64,000 bases of DNA from Octopus sinensis (taxonomy: Eukaryota), in contig NC_043001.1 of the NCBI RefSeq assembly GCF_006345805.1, positions 44,640,001 to 44,704,000 on the forward strand. The letters run 5' to 3'. Position 1 is the first letter of the stretch; each line of letters begins with the position of its first letter. This document shows, in pieces, positions 63,081-64,000 of the stretch. The position numbers and the translations under genes are program-made. The notes under the pieces are model-generated. The model was not told where the DNA came from and did not search any database. It worked only from the letters and a program-made list of their open reading frames with translations.

Positions 63081-64000
63081 TATTATTATTATTATTAAGG
63101 TGCAGAGTTGGCAGAATTGTTTGTGCATTGGCTAAAAATGTTCTGAGTTCAAATTCCACCAAAGTTGACTTTGCCTTTCATTCTTTCTGGGTCAGTAAAA
63201 TAAAAATCAGTCAAATACCGGAGTCAATGTAATTGACTTACTCTACCCCTAAAATTACTGGCTTTGTACCAAAATTTGAAACCACTATTATTATTATTTT
63301 TACTACAACTATTTCTACTACAATTGCTGCTGCTACAACTATTACTACAGCTACCACTAAGTTTGAATCCCACTGCGGTCAGCTTTGCCTTTCATCCGTC
63401 TAGGGTCCAAAAAAAATAATGTAGCAGTCAAGTGATGGGGTACAATTTGAGGCCTGATGCTAAAGTGACAAATCATAATTATAAACAACAGTTGATTTTT
63501 GAATTCATTAGAATGGTAAGACAGTGTGTTTGGCCTTACTGGATTCAGAACATATCTAGATACCTCCACCACCATGATAACAGCATGTACCATTATTTCC
63601 ACAATGACTACCATTATCATGACAACTACTTACCACCACCACCACTACTAATACCACTTCTACTAGTACTGTCACCATAACCTCTGCTATTATCATCACT
63701 ACTACTGCTGCCATCATCATAATAGCAGTTATATCCTTGTGACCAAAATAAAGGAAATTGAACTGCTTTCATCTAACCCACCAACCCACCACTCCTATCA
63801 AATTTTTAATGGTGACCTACCAACTGACTAGCTTACTGGTCAGTCACTGAGTGAGCAGTAACTTGACATGATCACAAAATTGATTGATGGATAAATTCCT
63901 CCTGCTAGTGTTATATTAATGAATTTATAAGTTTACATACATGTTCACACACTCATATGTGCATACACACACCTATATGTGTGTGCACATAATGGTATCA

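Overview
AT-rich, microsatellite- and SINE-dense eukaryotic genomic DNA. The repeat landscape looks like an octopod cephalopod (Octopus sp.); this is inferred from recalled repeat families and not verified. One multi-exon gene on the + strand dominates the window. By hand I traced 27 coding exons (ATG 11470 to TAA 61313; 4800 nt, 1599 aa), and all GT-AG junctions are phase-compatible. The protein has a signal peptide, a complete plexin-type ectodomain (Sema, 3 PSI, about 6 IPT/TIG), a TM helix and, in place of the plexin GAP domain, a MET/RON-type tyrosine kinase domain. This is the Met-LP class of receptor. The kinase looks catalytically impaired, HER3-style: HRD reads HHN, the alphaC Glu is Asp and DFG is DIG. 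Both HRD changes are genomic G>A (CAT CAC AAT), so A-to-I editing could in principle restore HRD. Introns hold two full-length degenerate mariners, a truncated Tc1, an R4/Dong-like LINE 3' end, RTE fragments, hAT and piggyBac-like MITEs, several SINE families, long inverted repeats, a cluster of three hairpins and minimal hammerhead-ribozyme-like motifs. Repeat boundaries are approximate unless TSDs or TIRs are quoted.
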